DNA of 64,000 bases from Candidatus Daviesbacteria bacterium (GTDB taxonomy: Bacteria > Patescibacteriota > Microgenomatia > Daviesbacterales > UBA10151): assembly GCA_028687915.1 (NCBI GenBank), contig JAQTZF010000001.1, forward strand, positions 482,634 through 546,633. Direction: 5' to 3'. Below are positions 28,059 through 38,553 of the stretch, piece by piece (the first letter of the stretch is position 1; each line of letters begins with the position of its first letter). A model generated the notes under the pieces. That model saw only the letters and a list, made by a program, of their open reading frames with translations, had not been told where the DNA came from and made no database searches. The position numbers and the translations under genes are program-made.

Positions 28059-29741
28059 ATGATTTTATTTATTAAAAGTTTTGTCACTAAAATACCTTTT
28101 TCAATAAGAGTATATCTTTTATGGAGAAGTGTTTATATCGTATGGAACAGTCAAATTTCACCGTTTATAAATTCTAAAGAAAAAAAGCAATTTACAAATA
28201 AAATTTTCTTTGATCGAAATGTTATTAGCAAAAGAAAAGGCCCGGTAGTTTTAGTTTCTAGAGATATTGCTTTTACTTTTCCTTTGTCTTATGCATACCT
28301 GGCAGGTTATTTAAAAGAGAAAGGAATTGATGTTGTACTTTTATTTAAAGATACAAGTCAGGAAAAATTAATCAAGAAGATAAAAAGTTTAAAACCCATA
28401 TTAGTTGGATTTGGAAACTTATATCCTGAGTTAGAAGAAATTACACAGATTATTCATGGATTAAATAAAGAAGGCAGAGATTTTCCGATTGTTATTGGTG
28501 GGCAGATGTTTTCTCCTATTCCAGAATTTGCTATGAAATTAACTGGTGCAGATTATGGAGTAATAGGAGAAGGAGAAATTATATTACATCAACTCGTAAA
28601 AGCTTTACAAAAAAACAGTGATGTTTCAAAAATTGGGGGATTAGTAACACGAACAAAAGATGTGGTGACTATTAATAGTGGAGGAAAATATATTGATAAT
28701 TTATCAAAACTTCCAAAAATACCATATGAGCTTTTTGATGTTGATAAATGGTTGCTTATTGGAAGATGGTTTACTCAATTTAGGCCGGAACAACCACACT
28801 GGAGGTTTGATGACAGAGTAGTTAATGTTCATGGTGGAAGGGGTTGTCCTTTTAAATGTAATTTTTGTTATCACCATAATAAACCGAGATATCGGGATAT
28901 TAACGATATGATGGATGAAGCAGAGAAAGCGCTTAAGAGATTTGATGCAAATATGTTGTACTTCTCTGATGATTTAGTAATAGCAAATCCTGCTCGTGTT
29001 AAGGAGTTAATTGCGAGGGTCAAAAAATTGAAACGTCCAATTAGTTACAAGATATCAACCAGGTTTGATATTTTGGAACGCCTTAGTGATGAGCTTTTGG
29101 ATGAATTACACGCTACAGGGTGTAGAATTATTGGTTTAGGGGTAGAGTCAGGTTCTAATAGAATCTTAAAGTTAATTGGCAAGAATATAACATCTGATAA
29201 AATATTAAAAGGACTTAAGAGAATTAAAAAGTCGGGTATACTTCCAACTGTTTCTGCTATGGTCGGTCAATACACCGAGACCAGGGAAGATGTAGCAAAA
29301 ACTGAGTTGTTGATGAAGAAAGCTGTTAAAGATAATCCTTTAATTTCATTTGCTTTTACAATTACGACTCCATTTCCAGGATCTGAATTATACGACATAT
29401 TGTTTGCTAAAAAGTTACTTAAAAATGACGAAGAGTTTTATTATCGATATATAGCAGGAAAAGTTGGACCATGGAATCAAGTTGTTAATATGTCTGCTAT
29501 GTCAGATTATGAGGTGATTAAAATGAGGAATGAACTTGAGAAAAGTTATGATCACGAAAGAATGAAAGCATATGGCGAAGAGAGATTTAATAAAATAAGT
29601 CAGATTTGTAAAAAACAACGAAAAGCTGCAGAAGTCTTTGAAAGTAAATCTAAAAAGGATAGGAAAAAAAGCGAGAAAGCGTACTCTGCAGAACAATTAG
29701 AGTTAGAAAATGAAAAATTGTCTTTAATGGGTGTAGTTTAA
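28059..29741 (+). CDS. B12-binding radical SAM protein
   Basis: FPLS.AYLA, VIGG, IGEGE, RGCPFKCNFC, FSDD, GVESGS, TPFPGS.LY. Confidence 0.92.
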   Translation: MILFIKSFVTKIPFSIRVYLLWRSVYIVWNSQISPFINSKEKKQFTNKIFFDRNVISKRKGPVVLVSRDIAFTFPLSYAYLAGYLKEKGIDVVLLFKDTSQEKLIKKIKSLKPILVGFGNLYPELEEITQIIHGLNKEGRDFPIVIGGQMFSPIPEFAMKLTGADYGVIGEGEIILHQLVKALQKNSDVSKIGGLVTRTKDVVTINSGGKYIDNLSKLPKIPYELFDVDKWLLIGRWFTQFRPEQPHWRFDDRVVNVHGGRGCPFKCNFCYHHNKPRYRDINDMMDEAEKALKRFDANMLYFSDDLVIANPARVKELIARVKKLKRPISYKISTRFDILERLSDELLDELHATGCRIIGLGVESGSNRILKLIGKNITSDKILKGLKRIKKSGILPTVSAMVGQYTETREDVAKTELLMKKAVKDNPLISFAFTITTPFPGSELYDILFAKKLLKNDEEFYYRYIAGKVGPWNQVVNMSAMSDYEVIKMRNELEKSYDHERMKAYGEERFNKISQICKKQRKAAEVFESKSKKDRKKSEKAYSAEQLELENEKLSLMGVV

Positions 29742-29760
29742 GTCTTATAAATTTTAAAAC

Positions 29761-30522
29761 TTAGGACACATCGGCATTTCGATTTGTTTCTTCAAGAATG
29801 TGATGATATTTTTCAAATACTTCTGTTGGGTCTCCTTCGGTAATTAACTTCCCGTGGTCAAGTAAAATTACCCTTTCGCAAAACTTTTTAACTGATTGTT
29901 CACTATGGCTAACAAAGATAATTGTTTTTTCTCTGGACTTCTTTATTTCTTGTAAGTAATTTAAGCATTTTCTTTGAAAATCTTCGTCTCCGACTGCCAA
30001 AACCTCGTCGATTAAGAGTAGTGGAGCATTTGTATTAATAGCAATGGAAAAAGCAAGGCGCATATACATACCTGAGGAGTATTTCTTTACCGGTGCGTAG
30101 ATAAAATCTTTCAATTCAGAAAATTCGATAATATCATTTAGTTTTATTTCGATTTCTTTTTTGTGTAAGCCTAAGATAGCAGCATTTAGAAAAATATTTT
30201 CATAACCTGTTAATTCATGATGAAATCCAGCGCCCAGTTCAATTAAAGGAGCAACTTTTCCAGTAATTATTACTTTCCCTCTTGTTGGTGTTGTAACTCC
30301 AGCAATTAATTTCAATGCAGTTGATTTACCGGCGCCGTTTTTTCCAATTATACCGACTGTTTCTCCCTGAAAAATATTAAATGTGACATCATCAAGAGCA
30401 GCTACTTTTTTAGCCCAGGGTTTTCCTAAAAAAAGATTAGGTAAAAATTCCTTAAAAGTTTTTTCCTCTTGAATATAAAAATCCTTAGAAACTTTATCAA
30501 AAATGATTACAGGTTTATCCAT
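29761..30522 (-). CDS. wzt: Polysaccharide ABC exporter ATPase (no C-terminal carbohydrate-binding domain)
   Basis: GKNGAGKST, ELGAGF..ELTG.EN, YSSGMYMRLAF, IDEVLAVGD, VSH; 253 aa. Confidence 0.95.
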   Translation of the reverse strand: MDKPVIIFDKVSKDFYIQEEKTFKEFLPNLFLGKPWAKKVAALDDVTFNIFQGETVGIIGKNGAGKSTALKLIAGVTTPTRGKVIITGKVAPLIELGAGFHHELTGYENIFLNAAILGLHKKEIEIKLNDIIEFSELKDFIYAPVKKYSSGMYMRLAFSIAINTNAPLLLIDEVLAVGDEDFQRKCLNYLQEIKKSREKTIIFVSHSEQSVKKFCERVILLDHGKLITEGDPTEVFEKYHHILEETNRNADVS

Positions 30523-30524
30523 AG

Positions 30525-31307
30525 TTAAACAATATCAGCAAAAACTTTTTCACTTTTCTTGAAAAAGATATAACTAATTACGAAAATAAATACAGAAATT
30601 ATTAAAGACCAGCAAATAGTTCCTGTATCAAAAGCCAGATTAAATAGTGCTGATCTATACCCTTCAATAATTCCAACCATAGGATTTAATTTATAGATGG
30701 ATATATATTTCTCAGGAACTAATGAAAGTGCATATACAACAGGAGTTAGATAAGTCCACAGAAGAAGTAGAAGTGTGACAAGATATTGTATATCTCTGTA
30801 GAATAAATTAAAGGTACTAAAGAACAGAGATAATCCACTCATAAGAATTATTTGAATAATAAACAAAGGAATAATATATAAAGTTGTTAGGCCAATCGGG
30901 ATATGATAAACAACCATAAAGATAAACAAAAGCGATAAAGCAAATACGAAGTCAACTGTTTTGGAAAGTACAACAGAATAGATTAATATCTCGCGTGGGA
31001 AATAAACTTTTCTGATTAAATCAGCATTATCTACTAATGAGGTTGTGGCACTAGCTAAAACATTTTGCATATAGATCCATGGTAATAGACCAGCAAAAAG
31101 AAAGACTGGATATGGGATATTATTTGTTGGAAATTTAAATATTACAGAAAATACAAATGTGTATACCAAAAGCTGTGCTAAAGGATTAATTAAAACCCAG
31201 GCATAACCAATAATTGATTGTTTGTATCGTGCTTTAATTGATCTTTGGGTAAGTTGAAAAAGTAGATATTTATGAGTAAGAAAAGGTGTAGCTAGTTCTT
31301 TTAGCAT
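30525..31307 (-). CDS. wzm: Polysaccharide ABC exporter permease
   Basis: RY+QS..GY.W...NPL, LIRKVYFPRE, YRD, TPVVY, LNP...I..YR. Confidence 0.95.
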   Translation of the reverse strand: MLKELATPFLTHKYLLFQLTQRSIKARYKQSIIGYAWVLINPLAQLLVYTFVFSVIFKFPTNNIPYPVFLFAGLLPWIYMQNVLASATTSLVDNADLIRKVYFPREILIYSVVLSKTVDFVFALSLLFIFMVVYHIPIGLTTLYIIPLFIIQIILMSGLSLFFSTFNLFYRDIQYLVTLLLLLWTYLTPVVYALSLVPEKYISIYKLNPMVGIIEGYRSALFNLAFDTGTICWSLIISVFIFVISYIFFKKSEKVFADIV

Positions 31308-31404
31308 GTTATTTGATTATAATAAAAGCCTCAAATTTTTACTATGATCAAATTAATCACTGCTTGTTACTGCATAGAATGATACCGTATAATTTGAAAA
31401 TAAA

Positions 31405-32388
31405 ATGTTGCTAAAACTAATTAAAAAAAGTCTTGCAAGAGCTATGAGTTTCTCCATCCTTATAAAAGTGAGGAAAAAGATATTATCCAGGCTGGTTGTT
31501 TTAACTATTAATTCATTCAAAATTAAAGATGCTCATTTTACACATTTTGATTTATTCGAATATTGGCAGAAGAACGGTTTCTTTATTCTCCCTAATAATT
31601 TTTATCAACCAGTTCCAGATACATCTTTAATTAATATCAAGAAATTAGAAAAGGTTCAGTCTTTAGATGGAATAAATATTAATGAAACTAAACAACTATC
31701 ATTACTGCAAAATTTTTCTAAGTTCAAAGATGAATATCTAAAAATTCCTTATATAGGTGAATCACAAGGTCATATTTTTTATTTTAATAATTTAGCTTTT
31801 GATGGGGTAGATGCTCTTGTATATTATTGTATGATTCGGCATTTTAACCCTAAGAATATAATAGAAGTAGGTTCTGGATGGTCAACTAAAATAGCAGCCC
31901 AAGCAGTTCTGCAAAATAGACAGGGTGAATTAGTAAGTATTGAACCTTACCCTCAACCATTTATGCAAAACTTATTTCCTGGCTTATCAAAAGTAATAGC
32001 AAAAAAGGTAGAAGAAAACGATATAAGTATATTTGAACAACTGAAAGAAAACGATATTTTATTTATTGATTCTTCACATACTGTCAAAACTGGTGGTGAT
32101 GTAAACTATTTATTTTTAGAAGTACTTCCAAGACTTAAGAAGGGTGTAATTATTCATATTCATGACATCTTTTTCCCTTTTGATTATCCAAAAGACTGGA
32201 TTTTAAAAGAACATAGATTGTGGGCAGAACAATATTTATTACAGGCATTCTTAATGTTCAATGATACTTTTGAAGTTATTTATTCAAATAGCTTTATGGG
32301 TTATAAACATTCAAAAAAGGTAAAGAATATTTTTTCTAATTCTCCTTTTTATAAAGGTGGATCCATTTGGATACAAAAAATAAGATAG
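31405..32388 (+). CDS. Class I SAM-dependent methyltransferase (Methyltransf_24-like)
   Basis: IIEVGSGWST, SIEPYP, LFIDSSH, HIHDIF, W.EQY.LQAFL. Confidence 0.85.
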   Translation: MLLKLIKKSLARAMSFSILIKVRKKILSRLVVLTINSFKIKDAHFTHFDLFEYWQKNGFFILPNNFYQPVPDTSLINIKKLEKVQSLDGININETKQLSLLQNFSKFKDEYLKIPYIGESQGHIFYFNNLAFDGVDALVYYCMIRHFNPKNIIEVGSGWSTKIAAQAVLQNRQGELVSIEPYPQPFMQNLFPGLSKVIAKKVEENDISIFEQLKENDILFIDSSHTVKTGGDVNYLFLEVLPRLKKGVIIHIHDIFFPFDYPKDWILKEHRLWAEQYLLQAFLMFNDTFEVIYSNSFMGYKHSKKVKNIFSNSPFYKGGSIWIQKIR

Positions 32389-34479
32389 TTAGGATAATTT
32401 CTTTTGCATAGAATATAATTTCCTTCCAGTAAGCAAGACCACACTAGTGTTTATTATAAAAGCTGCTAAAAATAATTGCTTTGGAAAATCCCAATAATAC
32501 ATCGCTTTTATCCACCAAAAATCTGGTACTCTTTCAAAGATTTGGGTATGAATATGCCATGTTTTCCAAAGGTCCTGGTTAGTTCCTCCGTAATTTTGGT
32601 ACGGTTTTCCAGTCATTTTAGGTCCAAGTGGGGATACATAGGGAACATCTAAACTCTCCAAATTTACAGGGAGATTATTAATACTATAGCTAATTAATCC
32701 TAATATTTGAGTATGTTTTTTGACTATGGTAGGGTCTTTGAATTGAACCTTAATTACCAATTGGTTATCGGTAGGTTTTAGGTATTCTTTTTTAATTGGT
32801 ATTTCTATCAACTTCCTTTCCTTTAGTATTAAAGTTTCAGGTTTAGTTAGTAATGGGTAGTTATTCAGTAAAAATTCTATGTGAGCAGAAGAGCTTGAGT
32901 CTCCAACAGGATGGTTAATAACACCAAAAGCCATTTTTTGAATAGGATTATCTAATTTATCATCAAAAGATATATACCCGCTTTCTTCGATAACTCTCCA
33001 TCTTTCCCGACCAACATTAAAAGGAAAATCAATACCATCGTAGAATCTAACATTAAAAAGGCCATGATCTAATGTCTTAGGAAAAGATCTGGTTATTTTA
33101 ACTAAGTTTTTTGTTTGAATGTAAAGTGGGCTAAAACGAGGTATATAGTTGCTGTATATGGGAACTGCATATTCAACTCCATTTACAAAGAAACGGCTTT
33201 CTAGATTTTGATATTTGATTTGATAAGGCATGAAGATGCCCAAAAACTCTATATATAAACCAAAAAGTGCAAGCGGTAAAAATATTAATAGCCTATACTT
33301 ATTAGAGATTGTTGAGTAAAGTTTAGCCACAATAAGCATGGCAAAAGGTATTAATACGCTTAAATAACGTGGGCCCCAACTTGATTCTCCATGCCACATT
33401 TCTGCAAAATATTGATCAGCTTTTCTATATCCATATTGAGAGGAAAAGAAGAGAATATAAATTACTGATAGGAGTAGAAAAATTATTAATTCTGGTTTTA
33501 GTTGAGGGCGAATTTTATGCCAGAAAATAAAAATGATTAGTACTAAAGGGGTATACAAAAAGAAGCTTCTCCCTGGACTAAATAATTGCCCCCAGAAGCC
33601 GTCAATAAAAACTTTAAAAGGCATAGTTGCTAAGATATCAGTAATATAAGTTGAGTAAAAAGCTGCTGTAACCATATTTACGGTGGGTTCCGCGCGTGTG
33701 GTTTCAAACCATACATAAGTGTAGATAAAGGGGGATACACCTATTAGAAAGGCTAGTAGGTCTCTGGTTATAATCTTTAATGAGTTTAGTTTTGGTTTTA
33801 CCAACATCAGGTAATAAAGCAGAAGTAATGGTGCTGATAATATAAAAGTTTGGTTATATGCGAGAATGACTATTCCATAAGAAATAGCTGAAAAAAATAA
33901 GAAAATAGGTTTGCGTGATAAAGAATATTTTTTTACTAAGAAGAAGGATAGTATAAGAAAAGTAATAAACATCATATGAGCTACACTATGTTTGCTATAA
34001 ACTAATAAGTTTGTGGTAAACAATGAAACAATACTCATGAACAAAGCTGGTTTTGGTTTAATCTTTAAGGCTAGAAAATAAAGAAAAAGTACTACTCCTA
34101 AAATAGCAGCAAAGAAAGAGTTGGTGAAACTTGCCAATAAAAAGATGAGCCAGTCTGATTCTAGGGGAAAATGAACAGGAGGAGCAACATTGTAGTATTT
34201 ATATACCATGTCTGTGATTGCAACTGCTGGTAAATAAGCCAGAGAAAATCCTAGTCCTGTTGGACTGTAGGTTTTTCCATCTCTTCCAATATAGGTGCTC
34301 ATATGGATATTCTTATCCAAGTTAAACTCATATAGCGGGCCTGTAGGTTCTCCTTTATAATAAATATTACGTGCAACAGCTAGATATTGAAGTCCGTCCT
34401 GAGAATCTATCACGCCAGACGATAGAAAAACAAAAGTTGAGCAAAGAAATAGAAAATAGTAAATTATCAGTCTTTTCAT
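32389..34479 (-). CDS. Multi-TM GT-C-like protein with extracytoplasmic C-terminal domain
   Basis: Acidic first loop (DSQDG), about 11 TM segments, SPG+S.F.Y.P, WGPRY, soluble domain, PDFWW, terminal TM. Confidence 0.65.
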   Translation of the reverse strand: MKRLIIYYFLFLCSTFVFLSSGVIDSQDGLQYLAVARNIYYKGEPTGPLYEFNLDKNIHMSTYIGRDGKTYSPTGLGFSLAYLPAVAITDMVYKYYNVAPPVHFPLESDWLIFLLASFTNSFFAAILGVVLFLYFLALKIKPKPALFMSIVSLFTTNLLVYSKHSVAHMMFITFLILSFFLVKKYSLSRKPIFLFFSAISYGIVILAYNQTFILSAPLLLLYYLMLVKPKLNSLKIITRDLLAFLIGVSPFIYTYVWFETTRAEPTVNMVTAAFYSTYITDILATMPFKVFIDGFWGQLFSPGRSFFLYTPLVLIIFIFWHKIRPQLKPELIIFLLLSVIYILFFSSQYGYRKADQYFAEMWHGESSWGPRYLSVLIPFAMLIVAKLYSTISNKYRLLIFLPLALFGLYIEFLGIFMPYQIKYQNLESRFFVNGVEYAVPIYSNYIPRFSPLYIQTKNLVKITRSFPKTLDHGLFNVRFYDGIDFPFNVGRERWRVIEESGYISFDDKLDNPIQKMAFGVINHPVGDSSSSAHIEFLLNNYPLLTKPETLILKERKLIEIPIKKEYLKPTDNQLVIKVQFKDPTIVKKHTQILGLISYSINNLPVNLESLDVPYVSPLGPKMTGKPYQNYGGTNQDLWKTWHIHTQIFERVPDFWWIKAMYYWDFPKQLFLAAFIINTSVVLLTGRKLYSMQKKLS

Positions 34480-34565
34480 AAGCTTGATGATAGCATACTA
34501 TCAATTGATAAGTAATTATTGTAGGATCAGATGTATTCGAAGCAGAGAAATAACTACTAACATAT

Positions 34566-35534
34566 ATGAATAGCAAGAATGATCTAAGTTTAATAATTCA
34601 TACTAAAAACGAAGAGGCAAATATAAAAGAATGTATTATGTCTGCTCGTAGTATTGCAAGTGAGATAATTGTTGTTGACATGCAAAGTGTAGATAAGACA
34701 GCCATCCTGGCTAAAGAACTTGAAGCCAAGGTTTATTTAGTACCAGACCATAATTATGCAGATCCTGTACGAAATTATGCAATAAGCAAGGCTACAAAAA
34801 AATGGATTTTAATATTGGATGCAGATGAAAGAATTTCTGAAAAGTTAAGCAAGCAAATTGAGCAGATTATTTTAGCTGATGAGTATGATGTCGTCGCTTT
34901 TCCTCGAAAGAATATTCACTTTGGACAATGGATTAAACATACTGCTTGGTGGCCTGACTATCAGCATAGGCTATTTAAGAAAGGATTTGTTAAGTGTCCG
35001 GATGTAATCCATAAAAGGTACAAAATTAAGGGTAGGATATTAGAATTACCACCAGAAGAAGAGAACTCTATTCTTCATTATCAAACTAAAAACAGTAGTG
35101 ATTTGGTATCTAAAATTGACCGATACACGTCTTTGGAAAAATATTTTGAAAATGAAGGAAAATTTTCTTTTGATGATGTTTTAAACTATATGGATAGAGA
35201 GTTTCAATGGAGATTTTTTGAAGAAAAAGGATATTTAGATGGCATGAGAGGGTTTGTTTTGAGTAAATTTATGGAATATTATCGTTTTTTAGTCTTTGTA
35301 AAGTATTGGGAGAAACACAACTATCCTGAAGTGTGTAGTCCTACACAACTGAAAGACATTGTACAGCAAAGAAAGCAGCATCTATCTGGTAAAGGCGAAC
35401 TGTCATTAATAGAGAAAGACCATTTAAATAAGATAATTAACTCTAAGTTTTATAAATTATGGAGAATTTATTGTAATAATAAAGATATGATTTTAAATAT
35501 AATAAAATGTTTAAATGGTAAAAAAAATTCATGA
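34566..35534 (+). CDS. GT2 glycosyltransferase (WaaE-like) with C-terminal extension
   Basis: TKNEE, VD..S.D, RNYA, LDADER, WWPDY..RLF, GYLDG..G; tail SKFYKLWRIYC. Confidence 0.9.
   Translation: MNSKNDLSLIIHTKNEEANIKECIMSARSIASEIIVVDMQSVDKTAILAKELEAKVYLVPDHNYADPVRNYAISKATKKWILILDADERISEKLSKQIEQIILADEYDVVAFPRKNIHFGQWIKHTAWWPDYQHRLFKKGFVKCPDVIHKRYKIKGRILELPPEEENSILHYQTKNSSDLVSKIDRYTSLEKYFENEGKFSFDDVLNYMDREFQWRFFEEKGYLDGMRGFVLSKFMEYYRFLVFVKYWEKHNYPEVCSPTQLKDIVQQRKQHLSGKGELSLIEKDHLNKIINSKFYKLWRIYCNNKDMILNIIKCLNGKKNS
35440..35476 (+). repeat. 37-bp direct repeat, copy 1 (encodes SKFYKLWRIYCN)
   Basis: actctaagttttataaattatggagaatttattgtaa; one mismatch to 47820-47856. Confidence 0.9.
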
Positions 35535-36985
35535 AAAATTCAATTCCTTATTGTTCGGTTATTGTTCTAAACTATTTTGGAGAAAAAGTAATTGATAGTA
35601 CTATAAAATCGTTACTTGCCCTTGATTATTCAAAAGATAGCTTTGAAATTATAATCGTTGATAATAATTCTTCTGACAAAAGTCGTGAAATAATTTTGAA
35701 CTATACAAAAAAATACAATAATATTAAACATCTATTTCTGGATAAAAATTTAGGTTTTGCTGGAGGAAATAATGAGGGAATAAAGATTGCCAAAGGGGAA
35801 TATGTAGCTTTGTTAAATAATGATTGTGTAGTTAATAAATCATGGTTACATGAGTTAGTAAAAACTGCAGAAAAAAATCCAAATATTTTCGCTGTTACCT
35901 CTAAGGTAGTACTTTATCCCAAATATTATTATTTAGAGTTTGGTTATGATAATAGGTTGTTCTTAACTCATGCTTATTTAAGCAACTCCCATCTTTCTAA
36001 TTTAGAAAAGAGTAATAAATTAAAGTTAGATGTTAGTAATAAAGATTCTTTTTATATTTTAGAGACCCCGTTTTCTCCAGAAGATAAAGTGATCTCCGTA
36101 GAACTAACCTTTGAAATAAATTCTCAAAGTAGGCTTAAATCGTATGATGAATTGTTTTACGTACTAAAAGATGCCCATCTATTTAAAAAGCCGGTTCTAT
36201 TAATAATGGATAATCGCATTGTTATTCAATTTGATTTTGATGTTAGTAAAGTTAACAAGAATAATGCATTTGAGAAAATTCAAAATGCTGGAATTGTAGT
36301 GTTTCAAGATGGTTCGGGTCGTGATATTGGTGCAAAGATTTTCGAGCAGACTCAATACTATGAATTTGATTTTGGCCAATATGAGAAAGAGCGCCAAGTT
36401 TATGCTGCTTGCGGTGCAGCGGTTTTATATAATAAGAGGATCCTAGATATAATTAGCTATTTAGATGATTCTTTTTTTATGTATTATGAGGATGTGGAAA
36501 TATCTGAAAGAGCTAGGCTTAATGGTTATGACATTTACTATGCTCCCAAGGCTGTGGTTAGACATTTGCATGCGTTCTCTAGTAAAGAATGGTCGAATTT
36601 TTTTATATACCAAGCTGAAAAAGGAAGATTACTACATGTTTTTTTTAATTTCCCACTGCGAATCTTTATAAAAGAATATATAAAAATGATTTTAAGAATA
36701 ACTGAAGTGGGGTTAAGGGTCATAAAAGGTTTAGCAGATCACCAAAGGACTATGAGGTTCGTAAAAAGTACTATTGCCTACTTTCGAGGTTCTGTAAGTA
36801 ACGAAGGGAGAAGACGTACTGATTTGGGGAAGGTAATTCAATATATTAAAGTTGTATTCTACTTTCTGTTTTGTCTACCTGTATTAATAACGAAAAGAAT
36901 AAGGAAGAATAAAAGCATCTCCCAACAGATGATAGAAAAAAATTATAGCAGTATCTTAAAAGGAAGGTGGTATTTTAACCGATGA
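35531..36985 (+). CDS. GT2 glycosyltransferase with internal insertion domain
   Basis: VDNNSSD, NLGFAGGNN, LLNND, then ~120 extra aa, then IQNAG, CGAA, FFMYYEDVE. Confidence 0.88.
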   Translation: MKNSIPYCSVIVLNYFGEKVIDSTIKSLLALDYSKDSFEIIIVDNNSSDKSREIILNYTKKYNNIKHLFLDKNLGFAGGNNEGIKIAKGEYVALLNNDCVVNKSWLHELVKTAEKNPNIFAVTSKVVLYPKYYYLEFGYDNRLFLTHAYLSNSHLSNLEKSNKLKLDVSNKDSFYILETPFSPEDKVISVELTFEINSQSRLKSYDELFYVLKDAHLFKKPVLLIMDNRIVIQFDFDVSKVNKNNAFEKIQNAGIVVFQDGSGRDIGAKIFEQTQYYEFDFGQYEKERQVYAACGAAVLYNKRILDIISYLDDSFFMYYEDVEISERARLNGYDIYYAPKAVVRHLHAFSSKEWSNFFIYQAEKGRLLHVFFNFPLRIFIKEYIKMILRITEVGLRVIKGLADHQRTMRFVKSTIAYFRGSVSNEGRRRTDLGKVIQYIKVVFYFLFCLPVLITKRIRKNKSISQQMIEKNYSSILKGRWYFNR

Positions 36986-38550
36986 AAAGAACGGCAGTGG
37001 TATATGATAAATGGCTCAGGTCTTTAGGAGGTGGAGAGGTTGTGGCTTGTAGTATTGCAAAGATTTTAGTTGATGAAGGTTATGATGTGACTTTCATTGC
37101 AGGGAAAAATGTTGATAAAGAAGTTATTAGAAAAAAGCTAAACATAGATCTATCAGGGGTAAATTTGGTTGAGGTGTGGTCAGACGAGGCCAAGATAAAA
37201 AAACTTTCTAAAGGTAAGGATCTTTTTATAAATACTTCTTTTATTGATTATACTTACGGTTGTGCAAAAAGAAATATTTATTATACCCACTTTCCAAAAG
37301 AACCATATAGTACTTTTACAGAGATGTTGTTTACTAGGCTGATGTTTCCTCTGCTGGTTAAGTTTATCAATTCGGTCGAAATGATGAACGATTTAGAGAT
37401 TACAACAATCATGAATAATGAACCAGCCTACTTACTTCAAGACACTAATCGAGTTGCAATCTCTTATTTAGAGGAAAATAAATCTCAAGTAATAGAGTTT
37501 TCATTATTTTTAGAAAGCTTCACACAATCTCTTGTAGAGGCAATAAAAATAGGCTTTGATGAAGCTAAAATACTGGAAATGAAATCTTATGTTAATCATC
37601 ATCGTAATCAAATAAATTTTCAAATTACGATTCAGCCATTAAGCTCTACTACCTATTTGGTAATAGAAATATTAAGGTCAAAGGCTGTAGAAAAAGACGC
37701 TAATGTATTCTTGCTTTATCCTAAGACTAGAGTGCGTAGTATTTATGAACCATTAATTAATGCTATATACCATAAAGTAAATAATAAGTTTAGGGCAGGT
37801 GTATTCTCTAATCCGTTAGAACGGCTTAAAAGTTATCAAACGATTATAGCTAATTCTTTGTTTACACAAAAATGGATTATGAATTATTGGAAGAGAGAAT
37901 CGGTTGTGGTTTATCCACCAGTAGAGCTGTTATGTGATAAATATAAAATGGATAATTTAAATAAGAAAAAATGGATATGTTCTGTGGGTCGATTCTTTAC
38001 ATTGGGACATGGCAAAAAACAGGAAATTTTAATTAAAGCCTTTAAAGAATTTTATAATTCGGGACATAAAGATTGGCAGCTTCATCTGGTTGGTGGCGTT
38101 GGAAGTGAGGTCGGTAATATTGAATTAATAGCCCATTTAAAAAAAGAGTCCGAAGGATACCCCGTATTCTTTCACCTAAATGTTTCCCGTAAAGAAGTGG
38201 AAGAAATTTATATCCAATCTAAAATCTACTGGCATGCAACTGGGTATAGAGAAAATGAAAGTTTTCATCCAATCAAGTTTGAGCATTTTGGAATAGCACC
38301 AATAGAAGCAATAAGTGCTGGTTGCGTGCCTGTTTTATATAATGGAGGTGGATTAAGGGAAATAATTAGTGTGACCGGCTTACAAGAAAGATTGCATTTA
38401 TTTAGCTCTATAAATCAACTAGTTAATAATACAACTGAAATACTTAAGCAGGATATATCTTCAACTGAATGGGAATTAATTTTGGAAACATTGAGAAATA
38501 ATTTTTCATATAATGCTTTCAGGAATAAATTTATGGCTTTAATAAAATAA
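36982..38550 (+). CDS. GT4 glycosyltransferase (ALG11-like motifs) with internal insertion
   Basis: LGGGE, HFP, ANS.FT..WI, VVYPPV, SVGRFF, KKQ, YWHATG, EHFGI..IEA. Confidence 0.88.
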   Translation: MKRTAVVYDKWLRSLGGGEVVACSIAKILVDEGYDVTFIAGKNVDKEVIRKKLNIDLSGVNLVEVWSDEAKIKKLSKGKDLFINTSFIDYTYGCAKRNIYYTHFPKEPYSTFTEMLFTRLMFPLLVKFINSVEMMNDLEITTIMNNEPAYLLQDTNRVAISYLEENKSQVIEFSLFLESFTQSLVEAIKIGFDEAKILEMKSYVNHHRNQINFQITIQPLSSTTYLVIEILRSKAVEKDANVFLLYPKTRVRSIYEPLINAIYHKVNNKFRAGVFSNPLERLKSYQTIIANSLFTQKWIMNYWKRESVVVYPPVELLCDKYKMDNLNKKKWICSVGRFFTLGHGKKQEILIKAFKEFYNSGHKDWQLHLVGGVGSEVGNIELIAHLKKESEGYPVFFHLNVSRKEVEEIYIQSKIYWHATGYRENESFHPIKFEHFGIAPIEAISAGCVPVLYNGGGLREIISVTGLQERLHLFSSINQLVNNTTEILKQDISSTEWELILETLRNNFSYNAFRNKFMALIK

Positions 38551-38553
38551 GGC

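Noticed and set aside
35520-35527. Poly-A/T tracts of 7-8 nt as phase-variation sites
   Set aside because: Common at this base composition; no frameshifted gene and no long G/C tract were seen.
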